Notes: generated from the sequence alone by a model not told the origin. 64,000 nt of DNA from an uncultured Gammaproteobacteria bacterium (GCA_964515545.1 CAZERI010000002.1:213731-277730); one strand, 5' to 3'; counted from the stretch's first letter, positions 9,530 through 19,385 are shown. A program made the numbers and translations.

Positions 9530-10113
9530 TTACGATCAGTCACATTATAAATGGTGGAATAAAGAGAATTATTATATTTTTCTATCCTAGTTCTTTTCCC
9601 CTCAAAGGAATCCAAATACCTGATGATCCTGAACAAGCAATGCTCTTTCCTTATTGTAAGGGACTTGGAATTGATGTAGGGTGCGGATCAAAAAAGACAC
9701 ATCCTCTGGCGCTTGGGATAGATCTTACCCCTAAGGGTATGACTGGCAAATATGGAAGCGAAAGGAGACAAATAAGTGAGGCTGATATTTGTACATCTGG
9801 AGACAATCTTTATATGTTTTCAGATAATGTTTTGGACTATGTAGTGGCTCGACATAACTTAGAACACTACACAGATCCGATTAAAACTCTTAAAGAGTGG
9901 AAGCGTGTTCTTAAAAGAGGAGGAATTTTAGGAGTAGTAGTTCCGGATGACGAGGCACTGGATACAATAAAATTGGACCCAACGCATAAGCATGCCTTTA
10001 CTAAAGAGAGCTTTTCTACCATGCTCCAGACAATTGGAGGATTTAAAATAATAAAGCTCAAAACATGCATTCCTCACTGGAGTTTTATTTGTATAGCCAA
10101 GAAAGTATCGTAG
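9526..10113 (+). CDS. Class I SAM-dependent methyltransferase
   Basis: Motif I GIDVGCGSKK plus downstream acidic residues typical of a Rossmann-fold MTase. It sits inside the glycan operon and is a candidate sugar O- or N-methyltransferase. Confidence 0.6.
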   Translation: MITISHIINGGIKRIIIFFYPSSFPLKGIQIPDDPEQAMLFPYCKGLGIDVGCGSKKTHPLALGIDLTPKGMTGKYGSERRQISEADICTSGDNLYMFSDNVLDYVVARHNLEHYTDPIKTLKEWKRVLKRGGILGVVVPDDEALDTIKLDPTHKHAFTKESFSTMLQTIGGFKIIKLKTCIPHWSFICIAKKVS

Positions 10114-10114
10114 T

Positions 10115-10930
10115 ATGAAAGATCCTCTTATATCCGGAATAGTTCCTGTCTACAATGAAGAAAAATATTTAGACTCCTGTCTTATATCCCTTCTTAATCA
10201 GTCATATAAAAACATAGAAATTATTGTGGTGGATGACGGTTCTACTGATAACAGTATCCTAATTACAAAAAAATATAAAATAACACTTATTAGACAGAGT
10301 CATAAAGGAGCTGGTGCTGCGCGTAATAAAGGAATAAAAGCTGCAAAAGGTGAGATAATCGTCCTAGCTGATGCTGACATGAGATATGATAAGGACTATA
10401 TTAAAAATCTTGTCAAACCAATTATTGATGGTAAAGCTATAGGGACCTTTATTAAAGAGGAGTATGTAGCAAATCCTGAGAATATTTGGTCTAGATGCTG
10501 GAGTATCAATGCTGGGCTGCCTTCTAATAGGCGATTACCTGAGAAATATAAAAATACAGAGAATGCTTTTAGAGCAATTCTTAAGAAATATGCGTTAGCA
10601 GGTTATAACGAAAAAGAAGGTTATACGGATGATTCAAGTCTAAGCCAAAAAATCTCAAAGTATGCAGTCAACGCTCCTCATGCGAAAAGCTATCATTATA
10701 ATCCTTCTACATTACATGAGGTTTTTTACTCTGCAAGGTGGATAGGGAGGTCAAAGCTTTTTAATAAAAGCTTTTCTAATTTTCTTCGCTTTTCTCCAAT
10801 TAATTCTTTTCGGGTTAGTATGAAGTATTTCCAGAATAACGCTCCTATTGCTATGTTGCTTTTTAAGTTAGTTTTTGATGCTGGAATGTTTAGCGGTATA
10901 TTTTTAAGCGGAGACAAAACTGCGAAATAA
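10115..10930 (+). CDS. GT2 family glycosyltransferase
   Basis: IVPVYNEEKYL, IVVDDGSTDNS and a DAD motif (LADADMRYD). These are classic GT-A motifs. Confidence 0.75.
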   Translation: MKDPLISGIVPVYNEEKYLDSCLISLLNQSYKNIEIIVVDDGSTDNSILITKKYKITLIRQSHKGAGAARNKGIKAAKGEIIVLADADMRYDKDYIKNLVKPIIDGKAIGTFIKEEYVANPENIWSRCWSINAGLPSNRRLPEKYKNTENAFRAILKKYALAGYNEKEGYTDDSSLSQKISKYAVNAPHAKSYHYNPSTLHEVFYSARWIGRSKLFNKSFSNFLRFSPINSFRVSMKYFQNNAPIAMLLFKLVFDAGMFSGIFLSGDKTAK

Positions 10931-10931
10931 T

Positions 10932-13130
10932 ATGAAAAATCCTGAAGTCAGCATAATAATTGTCCAATACAAAGTTAAAGAGTTATTACTAGAATGTATT
11001 ACATCACTTAAAAAAGCGATTAAAGCTGTTTCTTATGAGATTATTGTTGTCGATAATGAAGAATCAAGAGATATTAAAAACACTATTAAAAAGGTGTATC
11101 CGGATGTCATCTACATTTCAAATAAAAATAGAGGGTTTGGTCAAGGGAACAATGTAGCTGCAAAAAGGGCGAGAGGAAAGTATCTTTTTTTGCTCAATCC
11201 TGATACCACTGTGTTTGAAAAGACAATTAAAGAGCAGGTTGAATTTTTAGAAAAGAATAGTGATGTAGCAATAGTTGCTCCTTTGCTGCTCCATGCAGAT
11301 AAAAAACCATTTTCTCTCCAGGGAATGGCAATACTAACTCCGCTACGAGGAGTGGTAAGTCTTTCTTTTCTTAATAAATTATTTCCTAATAATCCTATTT
11401 CGAAAGGGTATTGGCTGCCTGACTGGGATAGAAAAAAAGTAAAAGAAGTAGGTGTTGTGCCAGGTACAGCATTTATGATGAGGAAAGATCTCTATGAAAA
11501 AGTTGGAGGATTTGATGAAAAGTTTTTTCTTTATTTTGAGGAATTTGACCTCTGTAAAAGAGTAAAAGAACTAGGATATCGAATCTGTATGCTTCCTCAG
11601 GCAAAAGTTATCCATTTATGGGGGGAGAGTACGAAGCAAAGATCTGATATCTCTCAAATTTTTCAGGATAGCAGGTTTTATTATTTTTCCAAACACTATG
11701 GCTTTTTTAAGGCATTTCTTATCGAGTGTGTTGCACGTTTTAGTAAGGAAGCTGCTGCAGTTACAGTAATTATTATCTGCTCGTCACTCTTATCGTTGTG
11801 GAAGATCGCATCAGGTATGCTTTTTATTGGTGACCAAGCATGGTTTTATCTCTCTGCTCGGGATTTATTACTTGGGCATTCATTTCCTCTTGTTGGGATT
11901 ACTTCAAGTCACACATGGCTCCATCAGGGACCATTATGGACATATCTCCTAGCTATCCCAATGTGGATAGGAGGATACAGTCCATTATCAGGAGCTTATC
12001 TTTCAATTACAATACATGCTTTAACAATATTTTTCTTTTATATCTTTGGAAAAAAAATATTCTCAAAACAAGTCGGTCTAGTGGGGGCAATCTTGTATGC
12101 TTTTTCTCCCTACATAATACATTTATCACGTATGCCTTATCATACCTCCCCTATTCCTCTTCTGACAATTGTTTACTTTTATTTTTTAACACAATGGGTA
12201 AAGGGAAGGACAGTCTATCTGCCGTTTTTAATCTTTCTTATTGCCGTACTTTATAATTTTGAATTAGCTACTGTTATCCTGATAGCACCTCTCCTCCTTG
12301 TAGGGATATACGGTATTTGGAGGAGATCTGACTGGATTACCAAACTTACTAAAAGAACTATTATTTGGTCGATAGTTTTGGGATGTATTCCTCTTCTACC
12401 TGTTATTCTTTATGATCTTAACCACGGTTTTAAGCAGACAGTTGGATTTACTGCATGGCTTTTTTATTCAGGATTTCGTTCTCTTTTTCATATTTCATCA
12501 CAAAGTACTCAAATGAATTCTCTTGGGTTAGTTTTGGGATTCCTTTTAGAGAGGTTTCAGTGGCTAGTTTTTCTTCCAAATAAGATCCTTAGTACTCTTA
12601 TCATACTGGGAAGTTTTGGAGGACTGAGTGCTGTAATATGGAAACAATACAAAAGCAATACTCAGTATAGTTCGTATCTTCTCCTTTTAGTCTGGATTCT
12701 GGCTTCAATTGGTATTCTTATCGTTAATAAAATACCATCAGATGCTTATTTACCCATTATTTTTCCAGCAGTATTTTTCAGCATTGCATTAACGATGAGT
12801 AACTTTTTCTCAAAAAAAATAATGATGACAGTAATTATTTTCTTACTACTCTTAAATATAGTTGCTCTCCTCAAGCATAATTACTCTATGATTCCACAGA
12901 GAGATATAGCTCTCAGTCAACGAGTAGCAGCAGCCGATACGCTAGTTGCCTCTTCCCACGGCAGATCATTTGCACTGCGAGGAAAGGGAGCAGGGAGTCA
13001 ATTTGAGTCATTTCTGATGCCTTATGAGTATGTACTGTGGTACAAGAAACATCCTGTTATCCGAGATTCAGAATTAAAGTATATAATAAGAGAAAGCAAT
13101 ACTCAGATAATAATCACGCGAAATGATTAG
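10932..13130 (+). CDS. Fusion protein: N-terminal GT2 glycosyltransferase domain plus C-terminal GT-C-like (ArnT/PMT-type) polytopic membrane domain
   Basis: The first ~280 aa carry GT-A motifs (VSIIIVQYK, VVDNEES, NPDT). The remaining ~450 aa hold more than 10 hydrophobic helices, with an acidic first-loop motif (GDQAWFYLSARD) resembling GT-C enzymes that use polyprenyl-P-sugar donors. Confidence 0.65.
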   Translation: MKNPEVSIIIVQYKVKELLLECITSLKKAIKAVSYEIIVVDNEESRDIKNTIKKVYPDVIYISNKNRGFGQGNNVAAKRARGKYLFLLNPDTTVFEKTIKEQVEFLEKNSDVAIVAPLLLHADKKPFSLQGMAILTPLRGVVSLSFLNKLFPNNPISKGYWLPDWDRKKVKEVGVVPGTAFMMRKDLYEKVGGFDEKFFLYFEEFDLCKRVKELGYRICMLPQAKVIHLWGESTKQRSDISQIFQDSRFYYFSKHYGFFKAFLIECVARFSKEAAAVTVIIICSSLLSLWKIASGMLFIGDQAWFYLSARDLLLGHSFPLVGITSSHTWLHQGPLWTYLLAIPMWIGGYSPLSGAYLSITIHALTIFFFYIFGKKIFSKQVGLVGAILYAFSPYIIHLSRMPYHTSPIPLLTIVYFYFLTQWVKGRTVYLPFLIFLIAVLYNFELATVILIAPLLLVGIYGIWRRSDWITKLTKRTIIWSIVLGCIPLLPVILYDLNHGFKQTVGFTAWLFYSGFRSLFHISSQSTQMNSLGLVLGFLLERFQWLVFLPNKILSTLIILGSFGGLSAVIWKQYKSNTQYSSYLLLLVWILASIGILIVNKIPSDAYLPIIFPAVFFSIALTMSNFFSKKIMMTVIIFLLLLNIVALLKHNYSMIPQRDIALSQRVAAADTLVASSHGRSFALRGKGAGSQFESFLMPYEYVLWYKKHPVIRDSELKYIIRESNTQIIITRND

Positions 13131-13890
13131 TGGAATCGTCCTAGTAAAAAATCAACAGGAACAACTGGCTCAATGCTTAGATGCATTATCTTTTTGTGAG
13201 GAAATTATCGTGATTGATGATAACTCTGTAGATGATTCTGCACAGGTAGCAGCAAAAAAAGGGGCAAGAGTCTATAAAAGAAAACTTAATAATGATTTTG
13301 GGACACAAAGAAATTGGGCAATGGAAAAAGCAAAAAATGAATGGATATTATTTGTAGATGCAGACGAGATTGTGTCACGAGAGCTGGCGACTGAACTCTA
13401 TCAGCAAACGACCCAGTTTTTAACAGACGTAAATGGATTTTATATAAAACGTGTTGATTATCTTTGGGGGAAGAGGCTACGTTTTGGCGACGCAGGAAGA
13501 AGCAGGATTTTACGGCTAGCAAAAAAGTCTAAGGGTACATGGCGAGGCAGGGTACATGAAAGGTGGGATGTGATAGGAGAGATTGGTATATTAAAAAATC
13601 CGCTTTTCCATTATCCTCATCCGACAATATACGAATTTCTTAAAGAAATTAATTATTATTCCTCTTTAAGAGCTCAAGAGCTTTTTGATAAAAAAGTATC
13701 AGTAAGCATTCTTGCAATTATTTTTTATCCTTTTGGGAAATTTATTATAAATTATATAGTGAAATTAGGATTTCTTGATGGTACTGTTGGGATAATCTCT
13801 GCACTGATGATGTCATTTCATTCATTTTTGGTTAGAGGAAAACTATGGCAATTAAAGCATAAAAAACGAGTCTATGAATTTGGAAATTAA
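13123..13890 (+). CDS. GT2 family glycosyltransferase (WaaE/KdtX-like)
   Basis: ISGIVLVKNQQE, IIVIDDNSVDDS and VDADE motifs. The start overlaps the upstream stop. Confidence 0.7.
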   Translation: MISGIVLVKNQQEQLAQCLDALSFCEEIIVIDDNSVDDSAQVAAKKGARVYKRKLNNDFGTQRNWAMEKAKNEWILFVDADEIVSRELATELYQQTTQFLTDVNGFYIKRVDYLWGKRLRFGDAGRSRILRLAKKSKGTWRGRVHERWDVIGEIGILKNPLFHYPHPTIYEFLKEINYYSSLRAQELFDKKVSVSILAIIFYPFGKFIINYIVKLGFLDGTVGIISALMMSFHSFLVRGKLWQLKHKKRVYEFGN

Positions 13891-13926
13891 ACATAAACAT
13901 ATTTTTTTTGTAGTTCCTTTCTGTCT

Positions 13927-15753
13927 TTGGATAGCCACTTTATTTCTTCTCTATTTCACTCATCTTTTATGCAAAAATGGTTTATGTTTACTTCATATAT
14001 AAAACCCCTCCTCTCAAAGAACATTTTTAGTCATATAGGTATTGCCTGTCTATTTGCTTTTATCAGTATATTTATTACCTATCCTCTTGTTTTGCATATT
14101 GGAGATTATACAAGTGGGATGGGAGATGAATTAATTTTATCCTACATTCAAAACTATGTAATTAATGCATTATTCCATCATCCATTTACTCTTTTTAATG
14201 CTCCTCATTTTTTCCCCTACAGTAATTCGCTCGCTTATTCGGACTCACTTATTACGTCAAGCCTGTTACTCTCGTTTCCAGCGTGGTTTTTTCATCAGCC
14301 AATTGCAATTCATAATTTAACATTACTTTTCTCATTAACAAGTCTTAGTTACTCTGTCTATCTTTTGACAAATTATATAGTAAAAGACAAAATAGTAGCA
14401 GTTTTGGCAGGATTCCTCGTCATTTTTTCTCCCGTTACTCTGGATAAATACATCCATCTCCAAGTTCTTTTTATTTTTTTTGTGCCTTTAAGTATTTATT
14501 TTTTCCTTAGATTTCTAGAAGAAAAGAAGCTGAAGTTATTTATTTTATGCCTCATCTGTTTTGATCTCCAAACACTCAATAGTTTTCTACCTGGATATTT
14601 TATCGCTTTTAGCCTAGTTACAATTTTCCTCGTATTTATCCTTACGAGCAGACAAAATATAAGAGAATATGTATCTAAAAAATCTATGTTGGCGCTTGTA
14701 TGTAGTCTGATAATTCTTCTCCCGTTTATTCTTCCATATTATCAAGTGGCAAGTGAGTTCTCTTATTCAAGAGATATTAGAGATTCCATTCATTTTGCCA
14801 ATCAGCCTGAGGATTTTCTTTTTTCTTCTCAGTTTACAAAACTTTCTTCATTTTTGACTAATTTTTGGCATAGAGATTCCTACCCCAAGTCAATCTCTTT
14901 TAAGAATGGATTTCCCGGGATAGTTCTCCTAGGACTGAGTCTTACCTCATTAATATATATCTTTAACAATAGAAGAAAATTAGATTATAAAATCATCTCA
15001 CTTTCTTTGATAGCTTGCGTAGGGTTTATCTTAAGCCTAGGACCATTTTTGCATATTAATAGACATACAATTCACCATCCTTTCCCCATACCTCTTCCTT
15101 ATGCTCTTTTTTACTATCTGTTACCTGGATTTAATGGTATGCGTAATTCTGCACGTTGGGAAGAACTTTTTATCATAGGAGCTTCGATCGGAGGTACGGT
15201 GATACTTCATCACATCATTAAAAAATATTCTTCCTCAATCAGGCTAATTATAGTAGGAGTACTCATGGGAATTATTATAGGAGAGTACACCCCATCTATT
15301 ACTTTTCAGTCTTTACCAGAAGTGAAAAACTTTCCTTTAGAATATGAGTACAGTAAAACTCTACCGGATGCAAGAATTATTGAGATGCCTATTTATAACT
15401 GGAATATGTCTCCCTATGCCGGACAAGAATACATAAGGCAATACTACTCTATAAATGGATTTCAGAAGCGCATGAATGGTGTCAGCGGGTTCTCACCGCC
15501 ACCTTGGCAAGCTGAGGTTACTCATCTCCTTAAGACATTTCCTGATGAAACTTCACTCACACGGATTAAGAAAATGGGGATAAATACTATCATTGTTCAT
15601 CCTGGAGAGTATAATATGCTTTATCATGATAAAGTAAAAATAGACAATATTTCTTTACTGCCAGGGGAAACGGTGATAAGAATACTTGATAAATCAAAGA
15701 GTGTTACGAAAATCAAAAGTTATCCATCAGCTGTAATATACAGTATAAAATAA
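13927..15753 (+). CDS. Polytopic membrane protein with C-terminal soluble domain, candidate GT-C-fold glycosyltransferase
   Basis: More than 10 TM helices in the first ~430 aa. It has an acidic first-loop motif (GDYTSGMGDELILSY) and a ~170 aa hydrophilic C-terminal domain. This matches ArnT/PMT/YfhO-like architecture. Confidence 0.45.
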   Translation: MDSHFISSLFHSSFMQKWFMFTSYIKPLLSKNIFSHIGIACLFAFISIFITYPLVLHIGDYTSGMGDELILSYIQNYVINALFHHPFTLFNAPHFFPYSNSLAYSDSLITSSLLLSFPAWFFHQPIAIHNLTLLFSLTSLSYSVYLLTNYIVKDKIVAVLAGFLVIFSPVTLDKYIHLQVLFIFFVPLSIYFFLRFLEEKKLKLFILCLICFDLQTLNSFLPGYFIAFSLVTIFLVFILTSRQNIREYVSKKSMLALVCSLIILLPFILPYYQVASEFSYSRDIRDSIHFANQPEDFLFSSQFTKLSSFLTNFWHRDSYPKSISFKNGFPGIVLLGLSLTSLIYIFNNRRKLDYKIISLSLIACVGFILSLGPFLHINRHTIHHPFPIPLPYALFYYLLPGFNGMRNSARWEELFIIGASIGGTVILHHIIKKYSSSIRLIIVGVLMGIIIGEYTPSITFQSLPEVKNFPLEYEYSKTLPDARIIEMPIYNWNMSPYAGQEYIRQYYSINGFQKRMNGVSGFSPPPWQAEVTHLLKTFPDETSLTRIKKMGINTIIVHPGEYNMLYHDKVKIDNISLLPGETVIRILDKSKSVTKIKSYPSAVIYSIK

Positions 15754-15754
15754 T

Positions 15755-17353
15755 ATGTTTAGTCTCGCTTTTTTAATTGGCCTCTATGCAAATTGTATCT
15801 TCCTTTTAGGAATGGCTCATTTTCTGACAAAACCAATTCTTATTGTATTTAGTACCCTTTATATACTTTGTTCAGTCTTATTTTGGAATAGATTCGACAA
15901 AAAAGTTAATTGGGCAGGAATAAAAAAAGAAGTACTAGATAATTTTAACAAGCATACACTATGGGTAGTAGGACTTATTAGTGCTTTTTCTATTATGGTC
16001 CTAGGAAGTTTAGTCCCTGAGACTGCATTTGATGCGCTATGGTACCATCTGACTCTACCGAAGCTCTACTTGGCGATGGGGGGAATATCTTTTATTCCAG
16101 GAAGTCTCTTTTATTATTCAGCGATGCCTAAATTAGGAGAGATGCTCTATATCCCTGCCATTGCTCTACAAGGAGATATTCTGGCTCATAGTATCCATCT
16201 AGCATTCGCAGTTCTTACTGGTATCGCAATTTATGAATTGATTAAGAAATTTTCATCCCCTTATTTCGCGATTATCGGAGTTGTTATCTTTTTTAGTAAT
16301 ATCGTAGTCCTTTGGGAAGCAACAACAGCTTATGTAGATCTTATCAGGGCTTTTTATGAAGTCATGGCTTTATGGGGAATTATTAACTATATAGAGAAAA
16401 AGGAAATAAAATGGTTAGTAGAGTCAGCTTTTCTCTTTGGGTTAGCAGTTGAAACTAAATTACTGGCGATGATGAGCCTCCCGATTTTTGTAACTGCATT
16501 ATTTTTCTTTGGATTTAAGAGAAGGACAGAGAGACTCTTCGATTGTATCCTTTTTATTTTTCTTTCTTTACTTGTATCTCTTGGCTGGTTCGCTCTTTCG
16601 TATAGTACTACTGGAAATCCCTTGTATCCACTATTTGGTAATTATTCAGTTGTGATAGGGAAGGATGTCCTAGCCTTTCCCCAGACTATAACGGATATGG
16701 CAACAGTCTTTGTCTCATCTGCTGATCCTATTTCTCCAATTTATCTCATGCTAGTTCCTCTCCTCTTACTCGTATGGAGAAAGCTAGGCAGACAGGAGGT
16801 AATGCTAGTAATTTTATCTTTAGTAAGTCTCTTGATGTGGACAGTAACTCCTAAAACTGGAGGAGGAAGATTTATTTTGCCTTACTTGCCGTTATTTAGT
16901 CTAACAGCGGGAGTTGTCCTCTCTAAACTTAAAAATGAAAAGCAATTGCTGAAGATAAGTCTGGGCAGTATCTTACTGGTATTTATTGTCTCAATTGCAT
17001 ATAGAGGAGTTGCCCAGATGCGGACTCTACCTGTAGTGTTGGGTGTGGAATCGAGAGAGTCGTACTTAACTAAGAGTCTTAATTTTCAGTTTGGTGATTT
17101 TTATGATACTGATAATAAAATAAAGGATATGGTAGGCCCTAGTAAGAAAGTACTTCTCTATGGCTTTCATAATCTTTACTACTTAGATGTACCTTTTATC
17201 GACTCATCCTATGTTCAAAGAGGAGATACATTTGACTTTGTAGCAACTCAGCATGCAGATCTTCCTAAACGATTTTCCTATTGGCAGCCTATCTACTACA
17301 ATAAAACGACAGGTGTTACATTATACACATTAGGCCAGGAATGGGTGTATTAG
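15755..17353 (+). CDS. Polytopic membrane protein, candidate GT-C-fold glycosyltransferase (ArnT/PMT-like)
   Basis: 532 aa with many TM helices, an early loop carrying ETAFDALWYHLTLP and a C-terminal hydrophilic domain. It is a paralog-like arrangement with the preceding gene. Confidence 0.45.
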   Translation: MFSLAFLIGLYANCIFLLGMAHFLTKPILIVFSTLYILCSVLFWNRFDKKVNWAGIKKEVLDNFNKHTLWVVGLISAFSIMVLGSLVPETAFDALWYHLTLPKLYLAMGGISFIPGSLFYYSAMPKLGEMLYIPAIALQGDILAHSIHLAFAVLTGIAIYELIKKFSSPYFAIIGVVIFFSNIVVLWEATTAYVDLIRAFYEVMALWGIINYIEKKEIKWLVESAFLFGLAVETKLLAMMSLPIFVTALFFFGFKRRTERLFDCILFIFLSLLVSLGWFALSYSTTGNPLYPLFGNYSVVIGKDVLAFPQTITDMATVFVSSADPISPIYLMLVPLLLLVWRKLGRQEVMLVILSLVSLLMWTVTPKTGGGRFILPYLPLFSLTAGVVLSKLKNEKQLLKISLGSILLVFIVSIAYRGVAQMRTLPVVLGVESRESYLTKSLNFQFGDFYDTDNKIKDMVGPSKKVLLYGFHNLYYLDVPFIDSSYVQRGDTFDFVATQHADLPKRFSYWQPIYYNKTTGVTLYTLGQEWVY

Positions 17354-18549
17354 CTATGAAATATATACTTATGGTTATTATGGCGGTTGCCTTTGTCCTA
17401 GGGCAGTTTGCTCGCCTTCAATTAGGGAATGTAGGTATTACATTACTAGATAGTGCAGTAGTACTTTTTATTTTGATATGGGTTGTAAGGTATCTTATAA
17501 CCCGAAAAACACAGTTTTCTCTCTCAGAGTCAGAAAAAATTATAGGAGGATTTATTATCTCCGGATTAATTGGTCTGGCACTTTTTTCTCGTAATTTGTC
17601 ATTAGAACAGATAGGAATTTCATCGCTATATTTAGTTCGGCTACTTTGCTATTTATGTCTGTTTTATGTAGTGAAAGATATGGCAGGGCAAGATAAAAAA
17701 AAGCTGGTGAATGGCCTTGTGATAAGTGGTGCAGGTATTGTCGGAATTGGTTTTATTCAATATCTTTTCTATCAATCTCTTGGAAATTTACGTTACTTAG
17801 GCTGGGATGAGCATCTTTACCGCCTTTTCTCTACATTTCTTGATCCAAACTTCGCGGGAGCATTCTTTGCCTTGTTTTTACTTATGACTTTAGAGGTGTT
17901 CCTAACTCTTAAAAGTACCCCAAAGCGAATCTTAGCAGGATCCCTGGTAGTCTTAACCTTTGCTGCGGAATTATTAACATATTCAAGAACTGGCTTTATT
18001 ATGCTTTTGGTAGGATTGGGAGTATTCCTTTTAAGTATGGCGGGTAAGAAAATCACAATGGTAATACTCCTCTGCTGTATAGTGTTTTTTTTGGCAGCAG
18101 CTAACTCAAAAATAGAAGGGCTTAATCCTCTCCGTGTTGTATCATCTGAGGCTAGATTAGAATCTGCTCGGGAAGCAGTGTCAATTATTAGTAAATATCC
18201 ACTTTTTGGAGTTGGGTACAATGCATATCGTTATGCACAGGTACAAATGGGGTTGAGAGAAGAGTCACCTCAAGTTCAAAGTCATGCCGATGCAGGGACA
18301 GATAATAGTTACCTTTTCATACTGGCAACAACAGGAATTGCAGGAGGGGTATTTTTTAGTCTATGGATGGTAAGAGTATTAAAGGATTCATGGGACAGCT
18401 CATTAAAAGGGATATGGTTAGGACGTACTTTTTTTGCATCACTCATCGCAGTTCTGTGTGGAAGCCTTTTTCTTAATATCCTTTTCTATCCAATGATTTT
18501 GGGGTGGTTGGTAGTAGAAGGTGCAATTATTCGGAGTAGGAGACCTTAA
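17341..18549 (+). CDS. O-antigen ligase / Wzy-like membrane protein
   Basis: About 10-12 TM helices. A central periplasmic loop is followed by a YSRTGFIMLLVGLG segment typical of the O-antigen ligase (Wzy_C) domain. Last gene of the operon. Confidence 0.55.
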   Translation: MGVLAMKYILMVIMAVAFVLGQFARLQLGNVGITLLDSAVVLFILIWVVRYLITRKTQFSLSESEKIIGGFIISGLIGLALFSRNLSLEQIGISSLYLVRLLCYLCLFYVVKDMAGQDKKKLVNGLVISGAGIVGIGFIQYLFYQSLGNLRYLGWDEHLYRLFSTFLDPNFAGAFFALFLLMTLEVFLTLKSTPKRILAGSLVVLTFAAELLTYSRTGFIMLLVGLGVFLLSMAGKKITMVILLCCIVFFLAAANSKIEGLNPLRVVSSEARLESAREAVSIISKYPLFGVGYNAYRYAQVQMGLREESPQVQSHADAGTDNSYLFILATTGIAGGVFFSLWMVRVLKDSWDSSLKGIWLGRTFFASLIAVLCGSLFLNILFYPMILGWLVVEGAIIRSRRP

Positions 18550-19237
18550 GAGACTTGGTAGTCTTATTTCCGGCTTCATCAGCTGCAACTACTGTTATCT
18601 GATTATCTCCATTCTGGAGAGGCAAATTATAGTAATAATCTCCATTATCACCTACCATTGCCCAAAAATCATTAATAGTAACCCGCATATTTTTATCTGT
18701 TTTTCCTCTCACACGTAATGGATTATTGTCTTTATGATACGTCTCTCCATCAGTCGGAAAATCCACACTCAAAGAAGGTGCTTTGTTAGAGAAGGATACA
18801 GACTGAGTGTCTGAGAATTTACTTTCGTTATTATCTTTAGTAAATGCTCTTACTTTAATAGTGTTATCTCCCTTATCCAGCTCTACATCTCTGAAGGCAA
18901 ATGTATTGTCTTCTTTTACGTCCGCTTTTTTAGATTGCTTTCCGTTAATATAAAGACTTACATAGTCGCCACTTCCCGCTATACCTGTAATATCAATAGT
19001 GGCACTATTAGTAGCTGAAGCGAGAGGATCCAGGATGGGTGCGACCATAATAACATTTTTAGAGGGTTCATTTGTTGAAGAATCTGTTTTCTTCTCAACA
19101 AAGAGGCTAAAATTCACAAGAAGCTTTACCCCAAAAATTACCAGGAGGACAACAACAGCTGCAATCCCTACAATAATAAGCAGTAAATTGCGCTCGGTTT
19201 GCTTGACGAGTCGTCTGTTCATGCGTGATCTAGCCAT
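18527..19237 (-). CDS. Membrane-anchored surface protein with two tandem Ig-like/beta-sandwich repeats
   Basis: Basic N-terminus plus one TM helix (LLLIIVGIAAVVVLLVIFGV). Two ~90 aa repeats share a spaced pattern (I/VDITG...GDY...NG...DNT...V...KGDN.I.V.A). Convergent with and overlapping the end of the ligase gene. Confidence 0.45.
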   Translation of the reverse strand: MARSRMNRRLVKQTERNLLLIIVGIAAVVVLLVIFGVKLLVNFSLFVEKKTDSSTNEPSKNVIMVAPILDPLASATNSATIDITGIAGSGDYVSLYINGKQSKKADVKEDNTFAFRDVELDKGDNTIKVRAFTKDNNESKFSDTQSVSFSNKAPSLSVDFPTDGETYHKDNNPLRVRGKTDKNMRVTINDFWAMVGDNGDYYYNLPLQNGDNQITVVAADEAGNKTTKSLKVSYSE

Positions 19238-19312
19238 AATAACGATTGGTTATTGTCTTAGCCATTCGGTTGGTCTCTAGTATAGCACTAAAGCCGATGA
19301 ACTTGGATATTG

Positions 19313-19385
19313 AGCCTGCGGTCGGATTTGAACCGACGACCTGCTGTTTACGATACAGCTGCTCTACCAGCTGAGCTACGCAGGC
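19313..19385 (-). tRNA. tRNA-Thr (anticodon CGT)
   Basis: Reverse complement folds as a cloverleaf: acceptor GCCTGCG/CGCAGGC, D-arm GCTC-AGCTGGTA-GAGC, anticodon stem GCTGT/ACAGC with loop ATCGTAA (anticodon CGT), T-arm GTCGG-TTCAAAT-CCGAC. CCA is not encoded. Confidence 0.85.

Noticed and set aside
11840-12256. 138-aa alternative-frame ORF inside the GT2-GT-C fusion gene
   Set aside because: It lies same-strand but out of frame within a long coherent membrane-domain ORF. It is spurious.
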